From a virus (lineage: Duplodnaviria; Caudoviricetes): 64,000 nt of DNA. Where the stretch lies: the IMG/VR virus record IMGVR_UViG_3300030330_006573, positions 64,001 through 128,000 of that record; one strand, 5' to 3'. Shown one piece after another: positions 12,801 to 20,982 of this stretch (the stretch's first letter is position 1; every line of letters starts with the position of its first letter). The notes beneath the pieces are model-generated. The model made no database searches. It was not told the DNA's origin and saw only the letters and a list, made by a program, of their open reading frames with translations. The translations under genes and the position numbers were made by a program.

Positions 12801-13659
12801 GGCTACATTTAATAACCTCACAGTAACATCTGGAATTATTAGTGGGGTAAGCTTAGCGATAGGAAAATGTGACTCAGAAAATCATTTTAGAGCAGATTCT
12901 GAAGGAAACATTAGCATTGGTCCAAGCACAATTTTTGATAGTACATCAAATGATTTTCATGTAAGCAAAGAAGGAAAGCTTTATGCTGTTGATGCGGTAG
13001 TAAGCGGAACAATTAGCGGTAGTGCGGGTAGAATTGGAGGTCTTGAATTAACCGAGAATTACATAGCTACCGTAGGTAGGACTTCTCTGAGCGATACAGA
13101 TAATGGAATCTATCTTGATAAAGACGGAGATTTTTCAATAGCAAATGATGTTGGGAATATAATTGAATATAATGGGTCAAACGATTACATAACAGTAACA
13201 GGTCTACAAAGCAAATCATATAGCACAACAGAAAATTCAGACGGAGAAGGTCTGGGATTTTATATAAGAGGAAATACGAGCAGGGAAACATCTTATATAT
13301 CAAACTTTCTTACAGACTCTGCAAGTGCAAGCGGAATAGCGAAAAAAATAGACACTCAATTTTGTGGAGAAATTAAATTTCCAATAGGTGGAGATACTTA
13401 TTTCTTAATAAGTGGAAGCAGGGTAGATTATGATATAACTGCATTAGATTATGATGCTGATGTTGCCTTTACAACAAATGATGCTAGTGATCAACCCGTG
13501 TTTACAGCTAGAGAAGGCATAGGGGGAGGAACTATATCTGATGCCAATGGAATTTTTACATCGAGGAATCTTACGGAAGGAGGGGAATTGGTAGTAACTA
13601 TACCAGTCGCCTGTACTGCAACTGTAATGAGATTTAACATTGGACTAAAAAGAATTTAA
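6847..13659 (+). CDS. Tail tip / central tail fibre protein J with FN3 domains
   Basis: DLVSEGPIEG; SYPNSAY; WTDNPAWILYDLITNDRYGLG; GCTSRDQALRLGRW; FN3-like repeats ending IRAVDFAGNTG, LRAVDTSNNTG, LKTVDRSNNTG; beta-rich C-terminus. Confidence 0.93.
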   Translation: MPVQINAHSSGITPRIFFRDVTGVYSPLLIDKEKLESNSFFKVVDLVSEGPIEGFVDYTGKLVSGTEILKGIYINDVPVMTTDRGVNDGQFNYRNISVAYKNGLSGQSGFYTGQTDNFYWLEDFSYTSKSLSKGQELFNAKRLESTTVNKFYIGNHSVLDEDVDWLGLTVGINSCYSITDDGSQTGNVGKLHIWGDFTGVTHRSLEERTVIPVPDDSINDHNVFVSVSGLANNKYREDIFLKLKDLDGKRPRKIYIENLTEERENFRNHFSASFDGVTEIVDSNLSYPNSAYIGMVLSAENLGSIPTRTFDLKLKKVKVPSNYEDLGEGPDGPIRENRHVGTWNGTFKSELEWTDNPAWILYDLITNDRYGLGEHIEEIKIDKFQLYKIAKICDELVSTSKAGQSQKFVQERRYTCNLYLENQMDAYKAINEIASVFRGIAYFNSSEIFISQNNLKESIFSFTNDSVKDGSFSYAGAAKQARFTAVKVAYKDKDDSYLPKYEYVEDPEGIIRYGLIEKELTAVGCTSRDQALRLGRWVLFTSAREEETVTFVTDASAEYLQPGDVFTVSDSLRNGIKTGGRIKNIVNDKSAVNENFILLDQQLDTGNYNFTSISFLIPSQDYTSTSSDTDQFKEFVHRNGVNIGAADDGDRSSLVSIPIDSESSSNTSLNNYIENTSSGAKILTDELEDLILREAISGSFINGSAGHKTFNDYFLNSGVLRNIRDGADRYTNTEKIKEGFVYILNGSGDGAGCSTLHSKDYSLIRKSKEEDGSYSIIGAEYSSGKFGDSDNLSTVYTETTFDAEPTNQSRTAIDEPVTTGRKTPEDIIPQLPIFGFPEENTVDLIVRPSGFINTQGQSRSKVFYYFHNTEENERYYNPAFSSDARYEIRVREVDPTYYGNLLSTQISTENVLQSGQYIVSGLQDCSSYQVLYDIPAGASIDNKAEIGGRNKKQLSLSNYQDGEFRDDVKVVRSRIMQETGSVALNGCEVFGISYDNLITGNVLSGEFEVLNPNSFYELRWSEANNFGSSPEKIMFFRGAIDDIPPGPCSSFQVKRIFDNIHFNWDNPTDIDFSHARIYTGQKDDTPPPDIDSFLIKSDSNFAVQPLDQTDGRGLPLDLADGNFHIRAVDFAGNTGIAIDSNQLTISSIGNAPSLHLSGDIKVGTDGTQNSYLAIFYSGDFNFDEDFKEYQIEVRKDGSSFVEKYSFPRVDNDPPSSGRFDFLAQGGSVYNVRARHSDIQGNLSPEANETFTVPFDETAPGRPTWVSSDKNGSNLFLSWNNPSDSDLDRILLYSGDSNSSGDAAIHQESRFTSEVIPLRDFAGSSERDLYFWLRAVDTSNNTGEFSVGDGGAPDHGQQILVRPPDVLSRDIISFVSGIENDENGDGASSAFINYKIEDDTDFTQNVYKVDISKNSSFNPLVASHVSSIEYGDSTMTGSGNFPGLLCNQDYFIRFRVQSTDHSYSPYQFPVASLFPLRTPKDSTLPKNPDAFTITSGPKQNFLEWNWGNGISRDIDSILVYKTGIPTGRLNETSSQNKYCWEISDISGYFETYEDAYSYKLNPGTAFIDNDVETGIFSGFGVDSSDQNQEPKQTVYYHYLLKTVDRSNNTGIGFVSGISSSPHSDIASLNYGAAGHTQGYVTGGGIDDSYIENVRAGKILTDRITSNTFILANPSGRIVSDNVFALGTSDPDNMFGLGTGLYIDHNKFRIGDPGQGGQGMFFTGDADGDGNTDTLEIRGEFNAGTITIGESSTQQLKVTSEGQLSIGDQSLNVSGYFTGNLGNSGDALPVKLQLNLDEYATLPKSEFAETIRRIDEAADGGGFLEINYWVRDDSEGNPVYTQEVRGLTQGQFEYTENLIPPPTLNYEAIGSKSRFGEVFVNSPVIGPPESHTGAGVYTTDLPASEKRKRDWWRIVDVKFLVTKDGRLFAQNASIAGTVTANSFEPRQTLILGDETNPGDSIIKSFIFNNAACGVSQPSGFEIRGDGRATFNNLTVTSGIISGVSLAIGKCDSENHFRADSEGNISIGPSTIFDSTSNDFHVSKEGKLYAVDAVVSGTISGSAGRIGGLELTENYIATVGRTSLSDTDNGIYLDKDGDFSIANDVGNIIEYNGSNDYITVTGLQSKSYSTTENSDGEGLGFYIRGNTSRETSYISNFLTDSASASGIAKKIDTQFCGEIKFPIGGDTYFLISGSRVDYDITALDYDADVAFTTNDASDQPVFTAREGIGGGTISDANGIFTSRNLTEGGELVVTIPVACTATVMRFNIGLKRI

Positions 13660-13668
13660 ATTTATAAT
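13640..13668 (+). promoter_or_regulatory. sigma70-type promoter (TTGGAC-17-TATAAT), leaderless arrangement
   Basis: -35 at 13640-45, -10 at 13663-68, ATG at 13674. Confidence 0.5.
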
Positions 13669-13673
13669 ATTTT

Positions 13674-13832
13674 ATGGATATATCAAAGTTGCAAGATATG
13701 GAAGTAAAAGCATTGTTGTATGACATGATGACTGACAGGGACAGGATAGATAATAATATAAAATTATTAAAATCTGAACTGGATCGAAGGGCAGCAGAAA
13801 AAGATAAGAAAAAAGACAAGAAAGAGGAATAA
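13674..13832 (+). CDS. Small 52-aa coiled-coil protein (absent from ORF track), possible fibre chaperone
   Basis: MDISKLQDMEVKALLYDMMTDRDRIDNNIKLLKSELDRRAAEKDKKKDKKEE; stop overlaps next start (TAATG). Confidence 0.7.
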   Translation: MDISKLQDMEVKALLYDMMTDRDRIDNNIKLLKSELDRRAAEKDKKKDKKEE

Positions 13833-15760
13833 TGCCTTTTGATCAAATTTATTGGAACTCTGGTGCGGCTTTTAGAGATACTGGAGAATCGGAAACTTCT
13901 GGAACAAAGGATTGCAGAATAGGAGAAACAGCAGATTCAGATCCAAATTCCACATTTTCTTTTTTGGGCAATAGGAGGACTCAAATTGTGAATATGGCTC
14001 AAAAGGTAGGCAGTTTGGGTGGTATACCAGCAACCAACAGGAGACACAGACATGCATTTCACCTTTTAGGAACAGGAGCAGGTGAAATCGGGGATCCTAA
14101 TAATGCAACTAATTACTCTGGGGGAGCTGTAAACAGTATGGTTAATGCAGACATTCCAGCAACAGCGCCAGTAGGTACTACTTTGTTTGATTGCCAAAAT
14201 AGAGAATCCGCGCATCACTCTGCAAATTATATTTTCCTAAATAATATAACTAATTTTTTCAATGGCATACATAGTAGTGATCCTATTTCCATAACTACGA
14301 CTGGCAAGCCTTACAAAGGTTGTTATTTAATACTTAAAAGAAAAAAGTTTTTTTACAATGAATTTCAAATAGGCACAGATCAAGGAACTATGCAAACTGC
14401 TGTGGATGATGTCGATGGTGGTACAATAAATGTTACTGATGCTGTAATAGACCCAAGGATGAGTCCTAGACTCGCAATATTTACTGGTTCAGTAGATATA
14501 AAAAGTATTAATATATATATTAATGGTGAACCTGTTTCAATAACAGGAGACACTGTGGTTGCAAATACTGATATGACTTGGACTGATAATACAAGTACAA
14601 TACAAACTCCAACCTGTGACATTTCTGGCACAACAATTACCTTAAATAATACTTTTCAAAATAATGGAGAGCATAGAAGATATTTCAATACAAATTTTCA
14701 GATAAGAATTGGAGGCACAGATTACAACATTACAAATGTAGCAAGCGCAAGTATAACTGTTGACTCTGCGCCAGGAGATGCAACTGGTTCGGATTTTTCA
14801 ATAGTTATGCCCAATGGTGCTCCAGCGGTGGGAGATGTTACTCATGTAGCAAACTCAGGATTGACAGCTGGGACTCAAAATACTGCAGCATGGAATGAGT
14901 TTTCATGGGGGATGTATAGTAATAAACACTTAGCTGGAACATCAACAGTTTTATTTGAAGATACAGACACTTATGGTGTAAAAACTAGACCAGATGATAT
15001 TGCAACAAGGTCTCCGTATTTCAGTAACATGGACGGTGAAAACTTTGCTGTTATAAATAATTCATTTTTCAATTTTAGCACAATAAGTATTGATGGTTCT
15101 CCTGGTGGTAATGCATATACTGTAAGTGCTGGCGCTGATAGGTATCTAACTATACCATCTGTTGGTTCGAAAGCAATATTTCCAAACTTTGGAAATAATT
15201 TAAACGGAACTATAGATGGAGTAACTGCTTGGCCCACTATTGTTAATCAGACTTTTAATGCGACTATAGCAGGATATGTGACAGATGCTTTTGGGTTCGC
15301 TAATCAGTATTCATATTGGGACGGTATGGTTCTTGCAAGTAGGGCTCATGGAGTTTCCAGTATCGATCCTGCTATCTCTACCATTACAAATGATCCAAAT
15401 TTAAATATAGATACCTTAAATGCGGGGGAAAGAAACTCTGCAAAGTATCCATACTCAAGGGGTAGATATGGATATCATGATATAGATTTAGATGGTGTAG
15501 GATTTAATACCTTAGACCCCTCCACTTTAGCGCAAGATGATGCCCATTGTTTTACGATATTAGATACGAATAGAATAATTACTCCAGGATCAACAATTGA
15601 GGTGACTATAGAATTAGCTGAAGGTGTAGATAATTCAATTAGAAAGCCCTGCAGTGGAACTGATTACTTTGCTCCAAAAACAGAAGGTAACGATGGGCTT
15701 CAATATGAGAGAAGACAAAGGGAAATTAATGAGTTTGAGCTTATTATTGTAGCTAAATAA
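13832..15760 (+). CDS. Hypothetical beta-rich virion / receptor-binding protein
   Basis: 642 aa, T/N/G/D-rich beta-strand composition, downstream of J. Confidence 0.55.
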   Translation: MPFDQIYWNSGAAFRDTGESETSGTKDCRIGETADSDPNSTFSFLGNRRTQIVNMAQKVGSLGGIPATNRRHRHAFHLLGTGAGEIGDPNNATNYSGGAVNSMVNADIPATAPVGTTLFDCQNRESAHHSANYIFLNNITNFFNGIHSSDPISITTTGKPYKGCYLILKRKKFFYNEFQIGTDQGTMQTAVDDVDGGTINVTDAVIDPRMSPRLAIFTGSVDIKSINIYINGEPVSITGDTVVANTDMTWTDNTSTIQTPTCDISGTTITLNNTFQNNGEHRRYFNTNFQIRIGGTDYNITNVASASITVDSAPGDATGSDFSIVMPNGAPAVGDVTHVANSGLTAGTQNTAAWNEFSWGMYSNKHLAGTSTVLFEDTDTYGVKTRPDDIATRSPYFSNMDGENFAVINNSFFNFSTISIDGSPGGNAYTVSAGADRYLTIPSVGSKAIFPNFGNNLNGTIDGVTAWPTIVNQTFNATIAGYVTDAFGFANQYSYWDGMVLASRAHGVSSIDPAISTITNDPNLNIDTLNAGERNSAKYPYSRGRYGYHDIDLDGVGFNTLDPSTLAQDDAHCFTILDTNRIITPGSTIEVTIELAEGVDNSIRKPCSGTDYFAPKTEGNDGLQYERRQREINEFELIIVAK

Positions 15761-15773
15761 ATAATTTTAAATG

Positions 15774-16883
15774 TTAAAGTGGGCATCTTAGCCCAAAAAA
15801 AGCTTCATAGATGTCGGTTATGCCATCACTATTCCATTCTGCACCCGCATCAGCATAAAGCCAATCCTGAAGTCGTGCAGTGGCTGTTATGTTGATTCCA
15901 GCTCGCAATCTATATTTAGTATCTCCACCTGTTAAGGTCATACTATTATAGTTATAATCAGTAAGTCCATACTCACTTCCCGCAGTTCCAAGATTGTTAC
16001 CACCCCTTGTCATTCCTCCACTTGAGGTTCCTAAACCACTTTGTGTTAAGGTCATTTGAACATTATTCTGTGCGGTATATTCTGTATATGCGGAAGCACC
16101 TACAAGTACATGGAGGCCAATAGAAAATCGGTCACTGAGAAAACTAACTCCTAGCTGTTCAATAGGAATATTGAGCGACCTTACCGTTGTAAATTTTCTA
16201 TTACTGTTTGCATCTTTCCAGTTATCCCACACGTCTTTTATTCTATCTCGTGAACCTTGTTCAAGTTGATCTTCAATTCCTGGAATTGCAGCAGCCATTG
16301 TTCCAGGATCGGTAAATGATTGTTCAAATCCATCGCTACCACGAAGAGTTATTTTTCTGTCTGGAGAGAGTGTGGTTTCTGTTTTACAAATTTGATAAAT
16401 CTTTTTTTGCTGAGTTACAGTAGCTAGACCTCCCAGGTAATAGCCATTTCTTCCGCCTCTGTTTGTTCTAGCTATAAACTTACTGTCATAGGGAAAAGAC
16501 CTTGGTCCGTCATAGGGGTTTGATGCAGGGCCAGGCATTCCTCCTCCTATACTTACTCCAGGGGCAGGCATTTGAGAGTTTCCAACAGCGGGATATATAT
16601 TTACATCCATCCTATCAATATTGACGTTTCCAGTGTTCTCAAGTTGTACCTTACCTTGGACATTAACATTTTGAGTTGGAATATGTGCTTTGTTTTGGCA
16701 TTTACTTGTCCTTGGAGGTATTGGTATCCTTGAAGTGACAGTGAATGGACCAACAGAGCTAGAGCCAAAAGTGCCTGTTCTTCGAGGGCAAACAGAATTT
16801 GATGCTGTTGAGGCTGTCCCCCCACACCTCTTCTTCTTAAAAGCGCTAAAATCTAAAGGTGGTATTTTATCGTCTACTGCCAT
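15774..16883 (-). CDS. Hypothetical protein (Pro/Gly-rich N-terminus, amphipathic beta-strand C-terminus)
   Basis: 369-aa ORF, last gene of the minus-strand block. Confidence 0.6.
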   Translation of the reverse strand: MAVDDKIPPLDFSAFKKKRCGGTASTASNSVCPRRTGTFGSSSVGPFTVTSRIPIPPRTSKCQNKAHIPTQNVNVQGKVQLENTGNVNIDRMDVNIYPAVGNSQMPAPGVSIGGGMPGPASNPYDGPRSFPYDSKFIARTNRGGRNGYYLGGLATVTQQKKIYQICKTETTLSPDRKITLRGSDGFEQSFTDPGTMAAAIPGIEDQLEQGSRDRIKDVWDNWKDANSNRKFTTVRSLNIPIEQLGVSFLSDRFSIGLHVLVGASAYTEYTAQNNVQMTLTQSGLGTSSGGMTRGGNNLGTAGSEYGLTDYNYNSMTLTGGDTKYRLRAGINITATARLQDWLYADAGAEWNSDGITDIYEAFFGLRCPL

Positions 16884-16916
16884 TTTTTTTCTGTGTTAAA
16901 TTTTTTATATTTCCGC

Positions 16917-18014
16917 TTATTGCACACGTTGACATTTTTCTATAGTATGCGTAACTTCTGCTTCCTTGGTTTCTCTAAACTGGTCAAGATTGTCTTCGCA
17001 TACATCATTTTGTCGAGATATTGTTTCTGTTACGGTTTGTGTGCTGCATGTTACTGAGCAGAAATTATGTATGGAATGAATGCTAGGTCCGCATGGATAA
17101 GGTATAGCAATAGGACCAGCAGGCATTGCATAAGGACTAGAAGGGTGGCCAGCATTGAAAGAAGTATCTACTAAATGGGTACTTCTTCCTGGAGTCTTTA
17201 TAGGAACAGGTCTATATGCAGGATTTGTCAATTTTGGTTGTATGGAGCTATATCCTGGTTTTTTACCGATAATAAAAGTAATGGCTCTTTCAGCAGCATG
17301 CAGTTCAGAATCTTCTACATTTGCAGGGCCAGTGCCTTGACGTCTTCCAGGTCTCCAAGAGCCTGGGTTTGAAGGATTCGGGTAAGCCTGTGCAGCATGT
17401 GTCATAAAACTTGTTGTGGCGGAATTTTCAGAAGGTTGAATATTGTCGTTTTTTATACTAGAAAGGTGTTCATTTATTGTAAGAAATTTGTCAGGATTAT
17501 TTATGGCCTCATCATCATTAAAAAGTCCTAGATTTTGATTGGCTCTAAATATTCTTTGTTCGATTTGACCATCGTATACTCTAGATTGAAGCAATCTCCC
17601 ATTTCTTACATACATAACAAAAAATGGAACAGTTCTTGGATCACCTTTATATATTGTTTGAGTTGATGATGCAGAATAACTTTCTGCGCCAACAGTAGTT
17701 ATTGTTAAGCTTATCTGAATAAAACATACTTCTCCTTCAGAAACGTTTGAAATTTTTACAAGGAGTTCTTTTTCAGTTAGGCCAGTTAATACAGATTTTG
17801 TTGAAAAGCTATCTTCTCCATCCTCGAAATCTTTGTAATTTGAATCTAAAGAGCTTACTGTCCATGAATAGCTGCTTATGGGGTCTTCTATTGCTTTTAT
17901 AAAATTAAATCTAGGGGCAATAATCATGTTTGATCCATCTGTAATTTTATAAACAGAAGAGTCAACCATTAAAGGTTGTTCAAGTAAAGTGGTATTAGTT
18001 ATATATTGCCTCAT
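16917..18014 (-). CDS. Hypothetical protein with PKD/Ig-like N-terminal domain
   Basis: SYSWTV...ISLTITTVGAESYSASSTQTIY resembles PKD/Ig strands; ATGA-coupled to the upstream gene. Confidence 0.55.
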   Translation of the reverse strand: MRQYITNTTLLEQPLMVDSSVYKITDGSNMIIAPRFNFIKAIEDPISSYSWTVSSLDSNYKDFEDGEDSFSTKSVLTGLTEKELLVKISNVSEGEVCFIQISLTITTVGAESYSASSTQTIYKGDPRTVPFFVMYVRNGRLLQSRVYDGQIEQRIFRANQNLGLFNDDEAINNPDKFLTINEHLSSIKNDNIQPSENSATTSFMTHAAQAYPNPSNPGSWRPGRRQGTGPANVEDSELHAAERAITFIIGKKPGYSSIQPKLTNPAYRPVPIKTPGRSTHLVDTSFNAGHPSSPYAMPAGPIAIPYPCGPSIHSIHNFCSVTCSTQTVTETISRQNDVCEDNLDQFRETKEAEVTHTIEKCQRVQ

Positions 18015-19750
18015 GAGTATCCATCAAATTCAACAATCCAACCTTTTCCGCTTAAACACTCTATGCCAGACAAAACGTAATCATCTATTAGGTTATTTCC
18101 AAACCCAGCAAAAGTAGATGATGGATCAGATTGATTTTTAATATTTAAATATCCTGAAATTTTTAAGGTATTTATTAGATTTGGCGCGTATTGAGAATAA
18201 ACACAAGTGTTAACCCAATTTAATACGCCAGTTCTATTTAAGTTATTTCCTTCTAGGTTTGCATATCTTAGTACTGGAGCTGCTATAGCTTGAATTTTAT
18301 CACCTTCAACCAGTAATCCAGAAGGAAGGTCTGGGAAGTATTTTACGGAATCATAAAAACCAGTCATTGGAGTATTATTTCCGCTTATTGCACAACCAGA
18401 AAGATTTAAAGTTTCAAGCTTTAAAAAACTAATGGGGTCTCTTGTATAAAACCAACCTAAATTTTCATTTTTAGATAAATCTATATGCTTACAAGTGGCT
18501 ATTGAGGCAGGTACTTCTCGCCCAATATAAAAAGATTTTAGAGAGGTATTTCCTGTTATGTGTATTTCGTCAAATGTAAAATTTTTATTGCCAGTGAAAT
18601 AATTAGGTGCTCCTAAATACCAATAGCCTTCTTCATTGTAAGATTTTCCGCATTTTAATGTAATCGGAGGTTCGGAAGTATTAAATTCAAATCCATGTAA
18701 TCGCATGGGGAAATTTTCTTCTCTATATCCAGTTACATAAGCATTAAAATTATCATTGTAACTTAGGTTGTTATACATATCTCCTGCATTATCTCCAGAG
18801 ATAAGAAATTCAACATTATTTATAAATTTTCTAAGCTCAATAAACCTAGGCCAACTTATGCAATCATGATTACTAATCCATGATATTTCACCAGTAATAC
18901 TATCACCAGCTCCAGAAAAAGGAGGTACGGCTAAGGGGTATTCATCAATGAAAGTATTGGTTTGTAGGTCTTTGCGGGAAAAATAAAGAACTGCATCGTA
19001 AACATCTGACTCTATCATCCCAGTCATGAAAAAAGGTACTGTATTTATCTGATTTCCAGTATTATAAAAACTGAGTATTTGAGTTGTAGGGCAATTTGAT
19101 AACCCTGCATGACCTGTAATAGCTCCGCTAATTACTGATGGATTTGATTGATCTATTATATTTAAAAACCCAGTTTCTCCATTTTGTTGACCATTAAATG
19201 TATAGGGTCCATAATTTGGATGATTTAAATCTCCAAAAGTTGAAACTTTAAATAAGCCAGTTCCTATATCATTATCTACGATGTATTGAACTTCATCCGC
19301 TGTTAAATGATAGTTAATAGGTCTTGTTGTTTTTAAAACTTGAGCTTCGCCAGTTTTGAATGTCAATTTATAATTGCCTGTAGAAAGAGCTTCATCTACT
19401 TGATAATGACCTGATACAAACTCTGATACAAAAGTTATACTATCTTCGTCGTATAGAACTTTTCCCCCAACATCAATATCTTGAAGGCCATCACGCATTC
19501 TCCCGTTTTCATAACTAACACCCTGTTCGCCTTCTCTCTTAAGATACCTTCTATCTATGGCGCTGTCAGGAATCCCATAATAGTTCATGAACTTATCAAT
19601 ATACTTATCAGGGTATTTATTAAACTCTCTAAATGTAAAGGGATCTGATGGACTATTCCATTCTTTTTGCCCTGGCACAATTACGGCTCCACCCAACTTC
19701 ATTTTCCCACGAAAAGAAGACTTAATTGACTTTCTTACATACCTACCCAT
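18011..19750 (-). CDS. Putative virion protein with C-terminal leucine-rich repeats
   Basis: KHIDLSKNENL, KLETLNLSGCAI, LRYANLEGNNL, terminal LSGKGWIV cap; 23 SG/TG dipeptides. Confidence 0.6.
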   Translation of the reverse strand: MGRYVRKSIKSSFRGKMKLGGAVIVPGQKEWNSPSDPFTFREFNKYPDKYIDKFMNYYGIPDSAIDRRYLKREGEQGVSYENGRMRDGLQDIDVGGKVLYDEDSITFVSEFVSGHYQVDEALSTGNYKLTFKTGEAQVLKTTRPINYHLTADEVQYIVDNDIGTGLFKVSTFGDLNHPNYGPYTFNGQQNGETGFLNIIDQSNPSVISGAITGHAGLSNCPTTQILSFYNTGNQINTVPFFMTGMIESDVYDAVLYFSRKDLQTNTFIDEYPLAVPPFSGAGDSITGEISWISNHDCISWPRFIELRKFINNVEFLISGDNAGDMYNNLSYNDNFNAYVTGYREENFPMRLHGFEFNTSEPPITLKCGKSYNEEGYWYLGAPNYFTGNKNFTFDEIHITGNTSLKSFYIGREVPASIATCKHIDLSKNENLGWFYTRDPISFLKLETLNLSGCAISGNNTPMTGFYDSVKYFPDLPSGLLVEGDKIQAIAAPVLRYANLEGNNLNRTGVLNWVNTCVYSQYAPNLINTLKISGYLNIKNQSDPSSTFAGFGNNLIDDYVLSGIECLSGKGWIVEFDGYS

Positions 19751-19765
19751 TGCTTATAAACTATT

Positions 19766-19792
19766 TTACACTAATTCCTTAATTGTGTGTAA
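19766..19792. promoter_or_regulatory. Back-to-back GTGTAA motifs (putative phage late promoters)
   Basis: TTACAC at 19766-71 faces the ATG at 19750 (-); GTGTAA at 19787-92 faces the ATG at 19801 (+). Confidence 0.6.
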
Positions 19793-19800
19793 ATTTATTT

Positions 19801-20964
19801 ATGGCAAGTGTGATTAGATACGGTTCTGCGAGGTTGTATGCTTCTGTGGCTACATCACCTACTGTTTTAAGATCTTTAACACTTGTAAATGGAGTTGAGT
19901 TTGGATTCAATGTAAATAGATCAAATGTTAAATCTTTAGGTCATGATAAAATATTAAGTAAAAACATAACACCTCCAGAGCCAACAGTAAGTTTTTCTTA
20001 TTATTTATCTGATTTAGATAACGAAAGGTTATTTACTTTGCCAGTAACCAGTGTAGAATCAATAATGGGCGGAATTCCTTTATTCCAAAACCCTCAACCT
20101 ATTGATTTAGCTTTTGTTACCGATGAACAATCAAGAGATATAAATAGACTAGATGCATCAAAACATGATGATTTATCAGTATGCTTGATGACTAATGCTT
20201 ATTTGTCATCTTACTCATTTAGTCTGGATAGTTCTGGTTTTATAAATGCAAGGGTTTCCTTTACAGGGGACGATATGTTATTTAAAACTTTTAAAAATTT
20301 ATCAGAATATAGTGTTTTAGAAGAAGATTCTGAAGATAATTTATTAACAAATCAGAATTCGTTTATTATGAATGACGGTTCAGAGGAGTTGACGTCGAAT
20401 ATAGGTGGTGCAAATACACAAACGAAGGTAAGTGCTTTTAATTTTTCAGCCAATATACCTTACAGAAGGCTAGTAGATTTTGGGCAGATTTATCATAAGA
20501 AAAAAGTAGATCACCCGTTTCAAACAAGCATTTCAGTAAGAGCCTTTGCGGATAGCTTTCACGAGGGCAAAATATCCGATGTTCTTTGTTCAGATAAAAA
20601 GAATGATTTTATAATAACTAATAAAAGGTTAAATTGCGATGGAGATTTCGATGAAAAATCTGGATTTTTATTTAAAGGCGCACAATTAGTTTCGCAAAAT
20701 TACTCGCAAGGAACTTCTGGATTTTTAGAAACAGAACTAAATTTTTCTTTATGGACAAGTAGAAATTGTGGAATATATTTCACACAACATGTTACTACTA
20801 ATGATCTTTTAGCTGGAGAAAATAGTTCAGTAATTGACAATATCCTTCTAGAGGATGCAAGTGGAGGAAAGGGCAGAATATTGCTAGATACAATATTAGA
20901 CATGCTAACTTCAATAAAAGATTTCAAGAATGATGTTGCTTGCTCCCCATCTATGTTAAATTAG
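19801..20964 (+). CDS. Putative tail tube-like structural protein
   Basis: Start at ATG 19801; VNRSNVKSLG, VSFSYYL, NAYLSSYSFS, FNFSANIPYRRLVDFG resemble 2211..3038. Confidence 0.55.
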   Translation: MASVIRYGSARLYASVATSPTVLRSLTLVNGVEFGFNVNRSNVKSLGHDKILSKNITPPEPTVSFSYYLSDLDNERLFTLPVTSVESIMGGIPLFQNPQPIDLAFVTDEQSRDINRLDASKHDDLSVCLMTNAYLSSYSFSLDSSGFINARVSFTGDDMLFKTFKNLSEYSVLEEDSEDNLLTNQNSFIMNDGSEELTSNIGGANTQTKVSAFNFSANIPYRRLVDFGQIYHKKKVDHPFQTSISVRAFADSFHEGKISDVLCSDKKNDFIITNKRLNCDGDFDEKSGFLFKGAQLVSQNYSQGTSGFLETELNFSLWTSRNCGIYFTQHVTTNDLLAGENSSVIDNILLEDASGGKGRILLDTILDMLTSIKDFKNDVACSPSMLN

Positions 20965-20969
20965 TGTAA
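20964..20969 (+). promoter_or_regulatory. GTGTAA motif upstream of fibre gene
   Basis: TAGTGTAATATAAT, 13 nt before ATG 20983. Confidence 0.55.
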
Positions 20970-20982
20970 TATAATTTGAAAG

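Noticed and set aside
335-13846. Numerous short minus-strand ORFs within tail genes
   Set aside because: Fully overlapped by long motif-bearing plus-strand genes, with no recognisable motifs of their own
15774-19750. Invertible (shufflon-type) tail cassette
   Set aside because: No flanking inverted repeats or invertase seen; the block has its own promoter motif
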